Source: Candidatus Anstonellales archaeon
GTDB taxonomy: Archaea > Micrarchaeota > Micrarchaeia > Anstonellales > J096
Length of the DNA: 64,000 bases
Assembly: GCA_038896535.1 (NCBI GenBank)
Contig: JAWACY010000001.1
Location: 128,001-192,000, forward strand
Direction of reading: 5' to 3'
Below the pieces are notes generated by a model that was not told the origin of the DNA, ran no database searches, and was given only the letters and a program-made list of their open reading frames with translations. Both the position numbers and the translations under genes were made by a program. This document shows, piece after piece, positions 29,551 through 39,831 of the stretch. Position 1 is the first letter of the stretch. Every line of letters begins with the position of its first letter.

Positions 29551-31257
29551 ATGATGATTAAAACTAAGATTGATAAACTTTTTGAAATGCAGGAAAAGGC
29601 CATTACATTGAAAAATGCAATAGAGCTAACTGATATAAGCAAGAAAGAACTTGAAGACATATTAGAAGCATTAGAAAATGTTGGGGCCATTGAGCTTTAT
29701 TATTTGCCATTACCATTTACGCAACCAAGAATAAAAATAAAGCCATTTTATTATGAATATGAGAAACAGAAAATAGGGAAAGAAAAAGAAAAATATGAAA
29801 TAAAGAGCAATGATGGGCTTTATAAAGCTGAGATAAGCATAATGGAAAGCAAAGATGGTTTAACTTATAACATTGATTATCCAATACCAGGGCCTTTAAC
29901 TTCACAGTATTTAAATGCAATAGCAGATAAAATTTTTGCAACATTGCCAGCTGAAACATTTCTTATAAGTGAAGAAGAGAGAAAACAAAAACTTTATGAA
30001 AAGCAAGTAGAGGAGGCATTAAAATTTTTTAAGGATATAACATACAATGAGGAAGATGCATTATTGCTTGCTGGAATATTAAAAAGTCAAAGTTTTGGCA
30101 TAGGGAAAATAGATTACATACTAGCAGATCCAGAAATAGAGGAGGTAGTAATAAATAATGCCTTTACTCCCCTCATAGTATATCATAGAAGGTATGGATG
30201 GCTAAAAACAAATATAAAAATTGGCAGTGAAGAAGAAATTGTAAATATATCATCAAAGATAGCAAGAAGGTCTGGCAGGCAGATAACAATTTTAACCCCA
30301 TTACTTGATGCACATCTCATAAAAGGGGAGAGAGTTAATGCTACTTTATATCCTATAAGCATAAGAGGGAATACTATAACAATAAGGAAATTCTCAGAAG
30401 AGCCATATACAATACCATTCTTAATAAAAAATGGCACTTTGAATGTTGATATGGCCTCTTTATTATGGCAAGCAATAGAACTTGAAATGAACATGCTCAT
30501 TATAGGTGGAACTGCAACTGGTAAAACAACATTGCTAAATGCATTATTGATGCTTATAAATAATAAGCAAAGGCTCATAACGATTGAAGATACAAAAGAA
30601 CTTAATTTACCAGAAACATTTGAAAACTATGTTTCATTGCTAACAAGAGAACCAAATCCAGAAGGGCTTGGACAAGTAACACTGCTTGATTTAATGATAA
30701 ATGCTTTGAGGATGAGGCCAGATAGAATTATTGTAGGAGAAATTAGAAGAAAAGAGGAAGCAATAGTTTTGTTTGAGGCAATGCATACAGGGCATAGTGT
30801 CTATTCAACATTCCATGCTGATACAGCTTATATAGCAGTAAAGAGATTAACAGAAGAGCCTATTGCTCTTCCTTATCAAGAACTCGAAGTTTTAGATTTC
30901 TTTGTTACATTAAGGAGGGATAAAAAAACTGGATTAAGAAGAATATTTGAAATAGGCCAATTTTTAAGTAAAGAAGCAAGCACAGTAACTGAGAGGGTTT
31001 ATGTACATAGAGCAAGAACAGACACTTTTGACTATCTTGGCCTGCCAGTAAAGTACATAGAAAAAATTGCATTATATACTGGCATGACAAATGAAGAAAT
31101 AGAAGAGGATATAAAACAAAAATCAGAAATATTGAAATATGCTGTAAAACATAATTTTATAAGCCCATTAGCATTTAGCAATTTTATACAAAATTATTAT
31201 GAAGACAATACATTTTATGACAAAATTAAAAAAGGCCTAATTAAAGTGAGAAAATGA
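29551..31257 (+). CDS. Type IV pilus assembly ATPase (VirB11/TadA family)
   Basis: GGTATGKTT, TIEDT.EL, LRMRPDRIIVGE.R, AMHTGH...STFHA. Confidence 0.95.
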   Translation: MMIKTKIDKLFEMQEKAITLKNAIELTDISKKELEDILEALENVGAIELYYLPLPFTQPRIKIKPFYYEYEKQKIGKEKEKYEIKSNDGLYKAEISIMESKDGLTYNIDYPIPGPLTSQYLNAIADKIFATLPAETFLISEEERKQKLYEKQVEEALKFFKDITYNEEDALLLAGILKSQSFGIGKIDYILADPEIEEVVINNAFTPLIVYHRRYGWLKTNIKIGSEEEIVNISSKIARRSGRQITILTPLLDAHLIKGERVNATLYPISIRGNTITIRKFSEEPYTIPFLIKNGTLNVDMASLLWQAIELEMNMLIIGGTATGKTTLLNALLMLINNKQRLITIEDTKELNLPETFENYVSLLTREPNPEGLGQVTLLDLMINALRMRPDRIIVGEIRRKEEAIVLFEAMHTGHSVYSTFHADTAYIAVKRLTEEPIALPYQELEVLDFFVTLRRDKKTGLRRIFEIGQFLSKEASTVTERVYVHRARTDTFDYLGLPVKYIEKIALYTGMTNEEIEEDIKQKSEILKYAVKHNFISPLAFSNFIQNYYEDNTFYDKIKKGLIKVRK

Positions 31258-32102
31258 TATTTAACGCTGAAAAACACAAATTTTTGAGGAGGTTTGAATT
31301 TATAGGTAACCTTCTTATCAGAATATTTCCATTCGTTAAGCATGACTTATTAGTATCGGGAGAAAAAGTGAAGCCATCACTTTTTATGACTGCTCTGTTC
31401 TTGAATGCCCTCTTTATCCCTCTATTTATATCAATATCCATATATTTATATTTTGGCCCTCAATCTATATTTATAACAATTATTTCATTCTTTTATTTAT
31501 TTCTCTTTGTTTTTATATTTGGACTTGCTTACCCTAGAGCTAAAATAGTAGATTTGAGTAAAAGTATTGATAAGGATTTAAGCATTTTATTAAGTGATAT
31601 TATTATACAATTAAAAAGCGGCGTATTGCTTTATGATGCATTAGTAAGTGCTGGCACAGCAAATTATGGGCTCGCAAGCAAAAAAATAAATGAGATGATA
31701 AGAAAGATTAGCCAAGGTTATTCAGAAAGAGCTGCAATGCAAGAACTGGCATTAACAATTAGGAGCGAGTTTATGAAAACAACTATGTGGAGGATTGTAT
31801 CTTCTTTAAGAATAGGGGGAAATGTTGTTTATTTGCTTGATGCTATAACAAAAACTGTGAAAGAATATAATGAAAGAGAAATGAAAATGTATATAGATTT
31901 AATAAATATCGGCCTTATGTTTTTTTTACTTTTAGGGGTCGTGCTGCCATCAATAGCGATAATATCAGGCTTAATAATATTATCTGCTAGTGGGATACCA
32001 TTTTCAGTCCATTTATTAATTGCTATATATGCATCCTCTTTAGTATTGCAATTATTTATAATAGGCTATATAAGCGTATCTAAACCAGTTGTGATGAGAT
32101 GA
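31254..32102 (+). CDS. TadB/TadC-like pilus platform membrane protein
   Basis: TM pair, cytoplasmic T2SSF-like domain (LKSG..L.DAL...YG..S), TM pair. Confidence 0.85.
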   Translation: MIFNAEKHKFLRRFEFIGNLLIRIFPFVKHDLLVSGEKVKPSLFMTALFLNALFIPLFISISIYLYFGPQSIFITIISFFYLFLFVFIFGLAYPRAKIVDLSKSIDKDLSILLSDIIIQLKSGVLLYDALVSAGTANYGLASKKINEMIRKISQGYSERAAMQELALTIRSEFMKTTMWRIVSSLRIGGNVVYLLDAITKTVKEYNEREMKMYIDLINIGLMFFLLLGVVLPSIAIISGLIILSASGIPFSVHLLIAIYASSLVLQLFIIGYISVSKPVVMR

Positions 32103-33088
32103 GCTTTTATTCAACAATAGGAAGTATTATTCCTGAAAGTTTATTAAAAAATGTTAAAAGAATGCTTGTATACGCTGGTATTAAAGAAGATCCAGAAACA
32201 TATATAGGGAGGATATTATTTCTAATGTTATTATTGCTTTTAATACCGCCATTATTAAAGCTTGTATTAGACCTTTATGGCCTTTATTTCCTTAATAATG
32301 CAATAGTATTAATATTAGAGCTTTTTTTATTGGTTTTAACTCCTTTTGCTTTTTATGCACATCTCTCTTTTATAATATCTTCAAGAGCAGAAAGAGCAGA
32401 AGAAGTTTTTCCAGATTTTTTATATGATTTAGGAGCAAACCTTAATAGTGGCATGCCTGTTTTCCAAGCTTTCTTGGCAAGTGCATTGAAAAAAGAATTT
32501 GGCGTTTTATCAGATGAAGCAAAGGATGTGTATGAGAAATACCAGACAGAAAATTTAAACAAAATGTTTGATGAGTTAGCATTACGCTTTGATTCAAGGC
32601 ATATTGAAAATTTTGTAAGATTTTTTGAGAGATCCATTGCATTAGGTGGAAGCATGTCAGATCTATTGCAAAGCTATGCTGAGGAAATGAAATATATATT
32701 AAACATGAGACAAGAATTGAAGCAAAGAACATTAAATTATGTTGTTTTTATAGCAATAATAACGGTATTTATTTTTCCATTCTTGCTTTCAATTGCCTAT
32801 ACTTATATAACTATGATGAGCTCATTATATGGGAATGTTAAAGTGCAATCATCAGTTGGAATTTCTATTTTAACACCAATTATATCAATAACAAAAGAAG
32901 AGATGTACATACTAAGCATTATTTTTATATTTCTATCAGGGCTTCTTACAAGCTTTTTGATATCTGTTTTGAGAAAAGGAAAAGTGATCTTTTTCTTGAA
33001 ATATGTTTTTATAATATGGCTTATAACTTATACAATATTTTTCCTTTCATTAAATGTACTTGCAAAAATTCTCATTTTAAAAACCTAA
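32099..33088 (+). CDS. TadC-like pilus platform membrane protein
   Basis: E..FPDFL.....L.SGM...A....EFG.LS.E, GG....L. Confidence 0.88.
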   Translation: MSFYSTIGSIIPESLLKNVKRMLVYAGIKEDPETYIGRILFLMLLLLLIPPLLKLVLDLYGLYFLNNAIVLILELFLLVLTPFAFYAHLSFIISSRAERAEEVFPDFLYDLGANLNSGMPVFQAFLASALKKEFGVLSDEAKDVYEKYQTENLNKMFDELALRFDSRHIENFVRFFERSIALGGSMSDLLQSYAEEMKYILNMRQELKQRTLNYVVFIAIITVFIFPFLLSIAYTYITMMSSLYGNVKVQSSVGISILTPIISITKEEMYILSIIFIFLSGLLTSFLISVLRKGKVIFFLKYVFIIWLITYTIFFLSLNVLAKILILKT

Positions 33089-33322
33089 AGCTCTCTCAGG
33101 GCATTTTGCCACTAATTTGCTATTAATTAATATGCTGTTGCTATAAATATGCTGTCGATAATTAATATGCTGGTGATGTTGATAATTAGCGTAATTATAG
33201 ACAATTATACAATTATAATCATGAGTAAGCATAGTTATAGGTAATTGTAAGAATAATTATAGGTAATTTATAGGTAATTTATTTTAATTATGATAGTAGA
33301 ATAGCAGTAAATAGAAACAAAT

Positions 33323-33571
33323 TCAAATCTTTTCTATAATGAAACTTCCTTTTATAACATATGCGGAAATAGAATCATCTCCATATTTATTTTTTATTGT
33401 CTTTATTAAATTTATTACATTGCCAGCTTTTTCTTCATTATCTATTATTATTGCAGATTTTAACAACCTTTCTTCTTTTATCCCATACTTTTTTAGGTTG
33501 TAATAAAAAACTCGCTTTACATTTATATAAAACGCATTTTTATTTATGTCATATAATATCAATGTATCCAT
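33323..33571 (-). CDS. Small stand-alone Cas2/VapD-like ferredoxin-fold protein
   Basis: N-terminal LILYDI, helix KRVFYYNLKKYG, then RLLKSAIII resembling the Cas2 R.QKSVF strand; 82 aa. Confidence 0.5.
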   Translation of the reverse strand: MDTLILYDINKNAFYINVKRVFYYNLKKYGIKEERLLKSAIIIDNEEKAGNVINLIKTIKNKYGDDSISAYVIKGSFIIEKI

Positions 33572-33764
33572 AGCTACACTATTACCAATCCTTTTTTAAA
33601 TCTTTTTCTTCTTGCCTTCTTCCTACCTTCTATACAATGGTTGAATAGTGGCAAAATGGGGGGTCTGAGGATTGCTGTTTTTTATTGTTTTTGGCTGTGA
33701 TTCTTTCTGATAAGAGCTTTGTTTTTTGAGATACTGTTTTTAATTATTTTCTCTAAAATTCATT

Positions 33765-36398
33765 ATGGTAAACAAAGAAGAACTAAAAAAAGCTTTCAAC
33801 AAAGATTGGGAAAAACATTATAAGTTAGATATATTAATAAAAAAGGGATTTAAAAGGCAGCAATGTATGAAATGCAAAAGAATGTTCTGGGCACTTGATA
33901 ATAGGCAATATTGTGCTGACCCTTCATGTATAGGCTATGAGTTTATAGGTAATCCTCCATCTAATTTAAAGCTTGATTATGTTGAAACATGGAAAAAAAT
34001 AGAGAAATATTTTGTCCAGACAGGGCATACAAGCATAAAGCCATTTCCAACAGTTGCCAGATGGAGAGATGATTTATATTTCACAATAGCAAGCATTAAT
34101 GATTTTCAGCCATATGTTGTTAATGGTGAGCTTGACCCAATTGCAAATCCTTTGATTGTACCCCAGCCTTGTATAAGATTTAGTGATATATCAAATGTTG
34201 GCATAACTGGCAGGCATTATACAAACTTTGTTATGATAGGGCAGCATGCATTTAATAATGACAGAACAGGACTTTTTTACTGGAAAGAACAAGCGATTGA
34301 ACATGACATAAATTATTTAAAATCACTTGGCATAAATGAGCAAGACCTTGTTTTTCATGAAGATGTATGGGCTGGCGGAGGAAATTTTGGGCCTAGCATA
34401 GAATATTTTTCAAGAGGCCTAGAATTAGGAAATTGCGTTTTTATGCAATATGAAGAACTTGCAAATGGTGAATCAAGGGAATTAAAAACAAAAGTCATTG
34501 ATATGGGCGCAGGGCTGAGCAGGCTGTGTTGGATTACACATGGAAGTTATACAAGTTATGAAATTGTCCTTGGTAAGCCAGTATACTATCTAAAAGATGC
34601 ATTTGATATACATGTTGAACAAGAACTTTTTGCAAAATACAGCAAATATGCTGGTTATTTAAATGTTGATGAAGTTGAAGACATAGAAAAGGCAAGAGAA
34701 GATGTTGCGAAAGCATTGAATATAGATAAAAACTTACTTTTTGACCAACTTGAGCCATTGCAAGCAATTTATGCAATAGCAGACCATACATTAACGCTGC
34801 TATTTACTATAACAGATGGCATGATGCCTTCAAATTCTGGGGGAGGTTATAACTTAAGAATACTTGCGAGAAGAATATTTGCTTTTGAAGATAGATATGG
34901 CTTTAATATAGATTATGGCAAAGTGCTTGAACTTCATATGGAACATTTGAAAGGATTATTTGATCAATATAAAGAGAGCATAGACACGGTTGCAAATGTA
35001 ATAACTGATGAAAGGAAAAAATATGTTGAAACAAAAAATAGAGCAAAGGCCAGAGTAATAAATATAATAAAAAAGGCAGAAAACAAGGCAATAACAACTC
35101 AAGATCTTATAACACTTTACAAAAGCGATGGAATACCGCCAGAATATATAAAAAACCTAGGGAAAGAGCACAATGTAAATATACAGATGCCTGGAAACTT
35201 TTATGAACTTGTAAGAGAACCAGATTCAGCAAAGAAACAGCAAGATGAAATAAACATAGATGTATCTAAATATGACCAAACATATAAAATGTATTATGAT
35301 TATGATATGCTGGAAGAATTTGAAGCAACTGTTATAGGGGTTGAAGGCAATTGGGTGATATTAGATAAAACAATGTTCTATCCAGAAGGAGGAGGCCAAA
35401 TAGGAGATACTGGCTGGCTTGATGATATTAAGGTTGTTGATACGAAAAAGATAGGTAATGTAATAATACACAAGGTTGAAAGGCCGGCATTTAAAAAAGG
35501 GCAAAAGGTAATAGGCAAAGTTGATTGGGAGAGAAGAATAAAGATAACAAGGCATCATACAGCAACGCATCTCATTACAGCGGCAGCCAGGCTTTTATTT
35601 GGAAAACATATCTGGCAGGCTGGGGCAAAAAAAGAAGAAGATAAAGCACATATAGATTTAACGCATTATGAAAGGTTTAGCCAAGAACAAATTTTTGAAA
35701 TTGAAAAAAAAGTTAATGAGTGGGTCATGCAAGATATAGACATAAATGCTGAAACAATGCCAAGAACAATAGCAGAAGAGAAATATGGCTTTACTATATA
35801 TCAAGGAGGAGCTGTGCCTGGCAAGGAATTGAGGATAATATCAATAAAGGGCATAGATGCAGAAGCATGCGGCGGAACACATCACATGTTAAAAAGAACA
35901 GGGCAGATAGGATTTATAAAAATAATAAAAAGAGAAACAATAAAAGATGGTGTTGAAAGGCTTGTATTTAAAGTTGGGCAAGCTGCCCTTGATTACCTAA
36001 ATGATAGGGAACAAATTATAAGAGATGCTAGTAATGTATTTAAAGTTCCTTCAAATGAGCTTGTTAAAACTTGTGAAAGGTTCTTCAATGAATGGAAAAA
36101 AAGTAATAAAAAAATCGAAAAGCTTGAGCAAATGCTAATAAAAACAATTGCTGAAAAACAAAATATTATTGAGCTAGATTTCGAGCCTAGCATAGTGCCA
36201 GAAATTGACAATGATATATTTATAATAACTGAAGAAAATTTATACATTGTTGGCAAGAATGCAAGCATAATATGGGATAAATTAAAAGATAGGTTAATGC
36301 TTAAAGGAGGCGGAAAGGGCAATTTATTTAAAGCAAAAATTGACAACAAGGCATTACTAAAAAAGCACATAATGGAAATGATGGAAAGCATGCAATAG
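33765..36398 (+). CDS. alaS: Alanyl-tRNA synthetase, archaeal type
   Basis: N-terminal CxxC...C, VARWRDD..FTIASI, QPCIR, HH.A.H and EACGGTH editing motifs. Confidence 0.97.
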   Translation: MVNKEELKKAFNKDWEKHYKLDILIKKGFKRQQCMKCKRMFWALDNRQYCADPSCIGYEFIGNPPSNLKLDYVETWKKIEKYFVQTGHTSIKPFPTVARWRDDLYFTIASINDFQPYVVNGELDPIANPLIVPQPCIRFSDISNVGITGRHYTNFVMIGQHAFNNDRTGLFYWKEQAIEHDINYLKSLGINEQDLVFHEDVWAGGGNFGPSIEYFSRGLELGNCVFMQYEELANGESRELKTKVIDMGAGLSRLCWITHGSYTSYEIVLGKPVYYLKDAFDIHVEQELFAKYSKYAGYLNVDEVEDIEKAREDVAKALNIDKNLLFDQLEPLQAIYAIADHTLTLLFTITDGMMPSNSGGGYNLRILARRIFAFEDRYGFNIDYGKVLELHMEHLKGLFDQYKESIDTVANVITDERKKYVETKNRAKARVINIIKKAENKAITTQDLITLYKSDGIPPEYIKNLGKEHNVNIQMPGNFYELVREPDSAKKQQDEINIDVSKYDQTYKMYYDYDMLEEFEATVIGVEGNWVILDKTMFYPEGGGQIGDTGWLDDIKVVDTKKIGNVIIHKVERPAFKKGQKVIGKVDWERRIKITRHHTATHLITAAARLLFGKHIWQAGAKKEEDKAHIDLTHYERFSQEQIFEIEKKVNEWVMQDIDINAETMPRTIAEEKYGFTIYQGGAVPGKELRIISIKGIDAEACGGTHHMLKRTGQIGFIKIIKRETIKDGVERLVFKVGQAALDYLNDREQIIRDASNVFKVPSNELVKTCERFFNEWKKSNKKIEKLEQMLIKTIAEKQNIIELDFEPSIVPEIDNDIFIITEENLYIVGKNASIIWDKLKDRLMLKGGGKGNLFKAKIDNKALLKKHIMEMMESMQ

Positions 36399-36412
36399 CT
36401 TATCAGTAAAGT

Positions 36413-36865
36413 TCAAATGGTTAAATTTAATTTCTTATAATCTTTTATAAACCTTAAAAATGCGCTGCTTTTTATAATATATACACTACGCCCCTTTAAT
36501 TCGTGTATAAAATTAAGTTTTGTCAATATAAAACTATCTACCTCATCGCAATTGCATAACTTTACTGCATTATTATTAATGCTACCACAACAATCAAACC
36601 ATCCTGCAAAATAGTTTGCTGAATAATCATTTATTGCAATAAACCTGTATTGCCTTTCTTTACTAAATTTTTCAAGTCTTTTCTTTATTCTGTAATTATA
36701 AAAATATATTGCATCTTTTGAATAAAGGAATTTTTCGCTTAATTTTAATTTTTGGCATATGTCAAAAAATATGTGTTTCGCCCTTCCTTTTATGCCAACT
36801 CCTTTTTCATATTTGCAATGTTGCCATAATCCAAGCAAATAAGCTAAATCTTGTGAGAATTCCAT
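36413..36865 (-). CDS. Degenerate LAGLIDADG-fold protein
   Basis: Two motif-like helices: LAYLLGLW (acidic residue lost) and YFAGWFDCCGSI. Confidence 0.6.
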   Translation of the reverse strand: MEFSQDLAYLLGLWQHCKYEKGVGIKGRAKHIFFDICQKLKLSEKFLYSKDAIYFYNYRIKKRLEKFSKERQYRFIAINDYSANYFAGWFDCCGSINNNAVKLCNCDEVDSFILTKLNFIHELKGRSVYIIKSSAFLRFIKDYKKLNLTI

Positions 36866-36872
36866 ATTTTTT

Positions 36873-37373
36873 CTATCCTGTCAATTTTTCTTCCTTTTTC
36901 TTTTCTTCAGTTTTCTCCTCTTTTTTTAAGGTTGCCGTTAAAGTCGGCGTTAAAACCTCCTGCTCCTTTTCCTTTTCTTTTAATTTATCAAGCTGTTCAT
37001 TTAATGCCATGCCAAAAACAATATTAAAATTTGTCATGTATGATATAGCAACTTTATTTCCCTCAAACCCAAGTTTTTCAAATACATCAATAAGATTTGT
37101 TTTATCATATTCTGAAAATGGTTCCTTTCCTTCTAATGCCCTGTTCAATGCAGAGCTTGTTATTGCCTGCAATTTTAAATAAGCTTCTTTTCCTTCTGGT
37201 TTTTTATGAAGGGCAAGATTTGAATAAGCATGTAATATTGCCTTTGCGAATATTGCCCCATTCACATAACCATTTTTTATACTATCTTTTATGAGTGCTA
37301 TTTCATCTTTACTCAAAGGCTTTGCTTTTTGGATTTTTTCCATTATGCTATTAAGAAACTCAAATAATGCCAT
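36873..37373 (-). CDS. Hypothetical protein
   Basis: 166-aa ORF in an operon; charged C-terminal tail. Confidence 0.7.
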   Translation of the reverse strand: MALFEFLNSIMEKIQKAKPLSKDEIALIKDSIKNGYVNGAIFAKAILHAYSNLALHKKPEGKEAYLKLQAITSSALNRALEGKEPFSEYDKTNLIDVFEKLGFEGNKVAISYMTNFNIVFGMALNEQLDKLKEKEKEQEVLTPTLTATLKKEEKTEEKKKEEKLTG

Positions 37374-37377
37374 ATAA

Positions 37378-37785
37378 TCATCCTGATAACAAACTTTTTA
37401 TTTTACTATTATTATCACTGCTTATAGCAACTTCTGTTATTTTGTCTGCTCTTAAGATGTATATAGCATTTAAATCTATGCCAGCCTTATATATGACTTC
37501 AGTTAATTTTGCCAGCTCCCCTGGTTTATTTTCCAATTTTACAACAATAATGTCATTCTCATTTACTTCTATATTTATTGGAGCCCTTTTTAACATTTGA
37601 CTTGCTGTCTTATAGTCGTTTGTTACAATCCTGAATATTGCTGTTTTTTCATTAATTGCAAATGCAGTAATTGCCTCTATATTTATTCCAGCATTTCCAA
37701 GTAAGCTTGCTATTTGAAACAAAGTGCCTGGGTTATTCTGTGTTTTTATGATGAACTCTTTTTCTATGCTAAAATTCCACTTCAT
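37378..37785 (-). CDS. Tandem ACT-domain protein
   Basis: N.PG.L..I...L..AGINI and NKPGELA.L...I..AGI.L. Confidence 0.9.
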   Translation of the reverse strand: MKWNFSIEKEFIIKTQNNPGTLFQIASLLGNAGINIEAITAFAINEKTAIFRIVTNDYKTASQMLKRAPINIEVNENDIIVVKLENKPGELAKLTEVIYKAGIDLNAIYILRADKITEVAISSDNNSKIKSLLSG

Positions 37786-37846
37786 ATTCTCACCAATGTG
37801 AAAATATGCTATAAGGGATTTTAAATATTTTCTGTTATTTTATTTT

Positions 37847-38812
37847 ATGGATTTAATAGCAGAAATTAAAGAACAAGTTGAAAAAAACATCAAGGATTAC
37901 ATAGAAAAATTTGAGACGAGGAAAGACATAATAGATGTTATTTATGAATATATATCAAGAGATGCAAAGAGGATAAGGCCCGTAATAATGATCTTGAGTG
38001 CCAAGGCAATTGATAAGCAAAGGTTAAAAATATTTGAAAAAACTGCAATAGCTATTGAGCTTTTTCATAATTTTACACTAATACATGATGATATAGAGGA
38101 TGGCTCATATTATAGAAGAGGTAAGCCGACATTACATGTTTTATATGGTGAGCCACTAGCAATAAATTTTGGAGATGCCTTATTTAATGTTGTTTGGCAT
38201 TCTATTATAGAATCAGGATTAACAAAAAATGAAATGCTTTTAATAAATAAAACATTCCAGGAAGTTGTTGAAGGCCAGCATATAGAGATAAGTGCAGTAC
38301 ATGAAGAAAGGTTTGATCTGGCTTATGAGGATTATTATGAGATAGCAAGCAAAAAAACAGGAGCTCTTATTGCTTTATGCATAGCTTTACCATTTTATAA
38401 AAAAAGCAAAAAAACGTTTAAAAAGGTTTATAAAAGCGTTAAAGAGCTTGGAATAGCATTCCAGATTTTGGATGATGTTCTGAATCTAACAGGAGATTTT
38501 GAGAAATATAAGAAAAAAATAGGTGATGACATAACAGAAGGCAAAAGAACGCTTATGGTTATATACACAATGAAAAACTCAAAAGATAAAGATGAATTAA
38601 AAGCAATATTGTCAAGCCATACAAAAGATGAAGAAAAAATAAAGAGGGCAATACAAATTATAAAAGAAAGCGGGGCAATAGAATTTGCAAAGAATAAGGC
38701 AAAAGAACTTGTTGATAAAAACCTGCCTATCTTAAAGCAAGCTTTTCCTGATTGCGAAGAAAAAGAAGCCCTGATGTCAATAGTTAACATGTTCATAAAT
38801 AGAGAAAAATAA
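37847..38812 (+). CDS. idsA: Polyprenyl (GGPP-type) diphosphate synthase
   Basis: KRIRP, LIHDDIED...RRG, GQ, KTG, FQI.DD..N, GDDITEGK. Confidence 0.93.
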   Translation: MDLIAEIKEQVEKNIKDYIEKFETRKDIIDVIYEYISRDAKRIRPVIMILSAKAIDKQRLKIFEKTAIAIELFHNFTLIHDDIEDGSYYRRGKPTLHVLYGEPLAINFGDALFNVVWHSIIESGLTKNEMLLINKTFQEVVEGQHIEISAVHEERFDLAYEDYYEIASKKTGALIALCIALPFYKKSKKTFKKVYKSVKELGIAFQILDDVLNLTGDFEKYKKKIGDDITEGKRTLMVIYTMKNSKDKDELKAILSSHTKDEEKIKRAIQIIKESGAIEFAKNKAKELVDKNLPILKQAFPDCEEKEALMSIVNMFINREK

Positions 38813-38818
38813 CTGTAA

Positions 38819-38988
38819 GTAAGAAGGCAAATTAACTTATACACATGCCTTCTTACAATCATCCAACCCCTATTAAGCCCTGTAGTAAGAAGGCGCTTAC
38901 CCTTATACACACGCCTTCTTACAATCATCCAACCCCTATTATACGCTTTGGGAAGAAGACACTAACCCTGATAAACTTGCTTTCTTAA
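38819..38988 (+). repeat. Hairpin array 2: three units, the last degenerate
   Basis: Units at 38819, 38885 and 38951 with 28-nt linkers; begins 6 nt after the idsA stop codon. Confidence 0.95.
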
Positions 38989-39048
38989 TGGTCTAAGACT
39001 TATTGATGTGATAAGTTTAAAAACATTTTGGAACACTATAAATAACAT

Positions 39049-39831
39049 ATGTCAAAATCAACAAAAAAAATATTTAAAACAGCAGCACTATCAGCTGCTC
39101 TTTTACTTACTCCGTTCATTAATCAAAAACCACTTTTGGAGAGAAAGCAGAAAGAAGCATTATATTATAGTAGACAAGAGCTTAGTTATATTACTGAACC
39201 TGTTCTATTTTTTTATGAAGGCCATGGTGAAGCATTTTATTCTATTGAAGCATCAAAGGCCATACCAATTATAAAGAAATATGGTTTTGACTTACTTTTT
39301 TTAGAATGTTTAGATGAACACGAAGGCAAAGTAAAAGCTGCACATAAAGCATTTGCAGAAAACAAAGCTGATGAAAGTGATGAAAGAATAGATAAACTTA
39401 GAAAACTACTTGAGAATAACTATGTTATGGGCACAGCTGATGCTTACTTAAGACTTATAAAAGCAGCAGCAGAATCACAAATGGAAGTTGCCTGCATAGA
39501 TGTAAAATTAGATGTAGCTAATAAAAATGGAAAGCTAATGTTTAAAGATGAAAAAGAAGCTGTTGATACTACGCAAAGAATTCTTTTTTCAAGAGAACTT
39601 CATATGCTAGATAAGGTAATGGAAGAAATTAAGAAGGGCAGAAAAGTGGCAATATTTATAGGATTTTTACATGCTACTTCAGATTACGGAGGAGCTGTAG
39701 TAAAGTACTTTTTAAATGAAAAAGAATACAAAAAATATATAGAGCATCCGACAATAAAGAAAATGTTATTAGATAAAGGGATATCAGTAGCTATATATTC
39801 ATATCAAAATAATGAGACAAACCCTAACTAA
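39049..39831 (+). CDS. Secreted ChaN/TraB/EreA-fold-like protein
   Basis: Signal-like N-terminus; VLFFYEGH, LLFLE, ACID, RE..M and IFIGFLHA resemble the metal-ligand pattern of that superfamily. Confidence 0.55.
   Translation: MSKSTKKIFKTAALSAALLLTPFINQKPLLERKQKEALYYSRQELSYITEPVLFFYEGHGEAFYSIEASKAIPIIKKYGFDLLFLECLDEHEGKVKAAHKAFAENKADESDERIDKLRKLLENNYVMGTADAYLRLIKAAAESQMEVACIDVKLDVANKNGKLMFKDEKEAVDTTQRILFSRELHMLDKVMEEIKKGRKVAIFIGFLHATSDYGGAVVKYFLNEKEYKKYIEHPTIKKMLLDKGISVAIYSYQNNETNPN

Noticed and set aside
33089..33764. Possible replication origin in the AT-rich spacers around the Cas2-like ORF
   Set aside because: Only one G-string (33658-33663), no repeated ORB motifs recognised, and no adjacent orc1/cdc6 gene
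38428..38928. 166-aa minus-strand ORF starting in array 2
   Set aside because: Antisense to the well-supported idsA; its N-terminus is simply translated repeat
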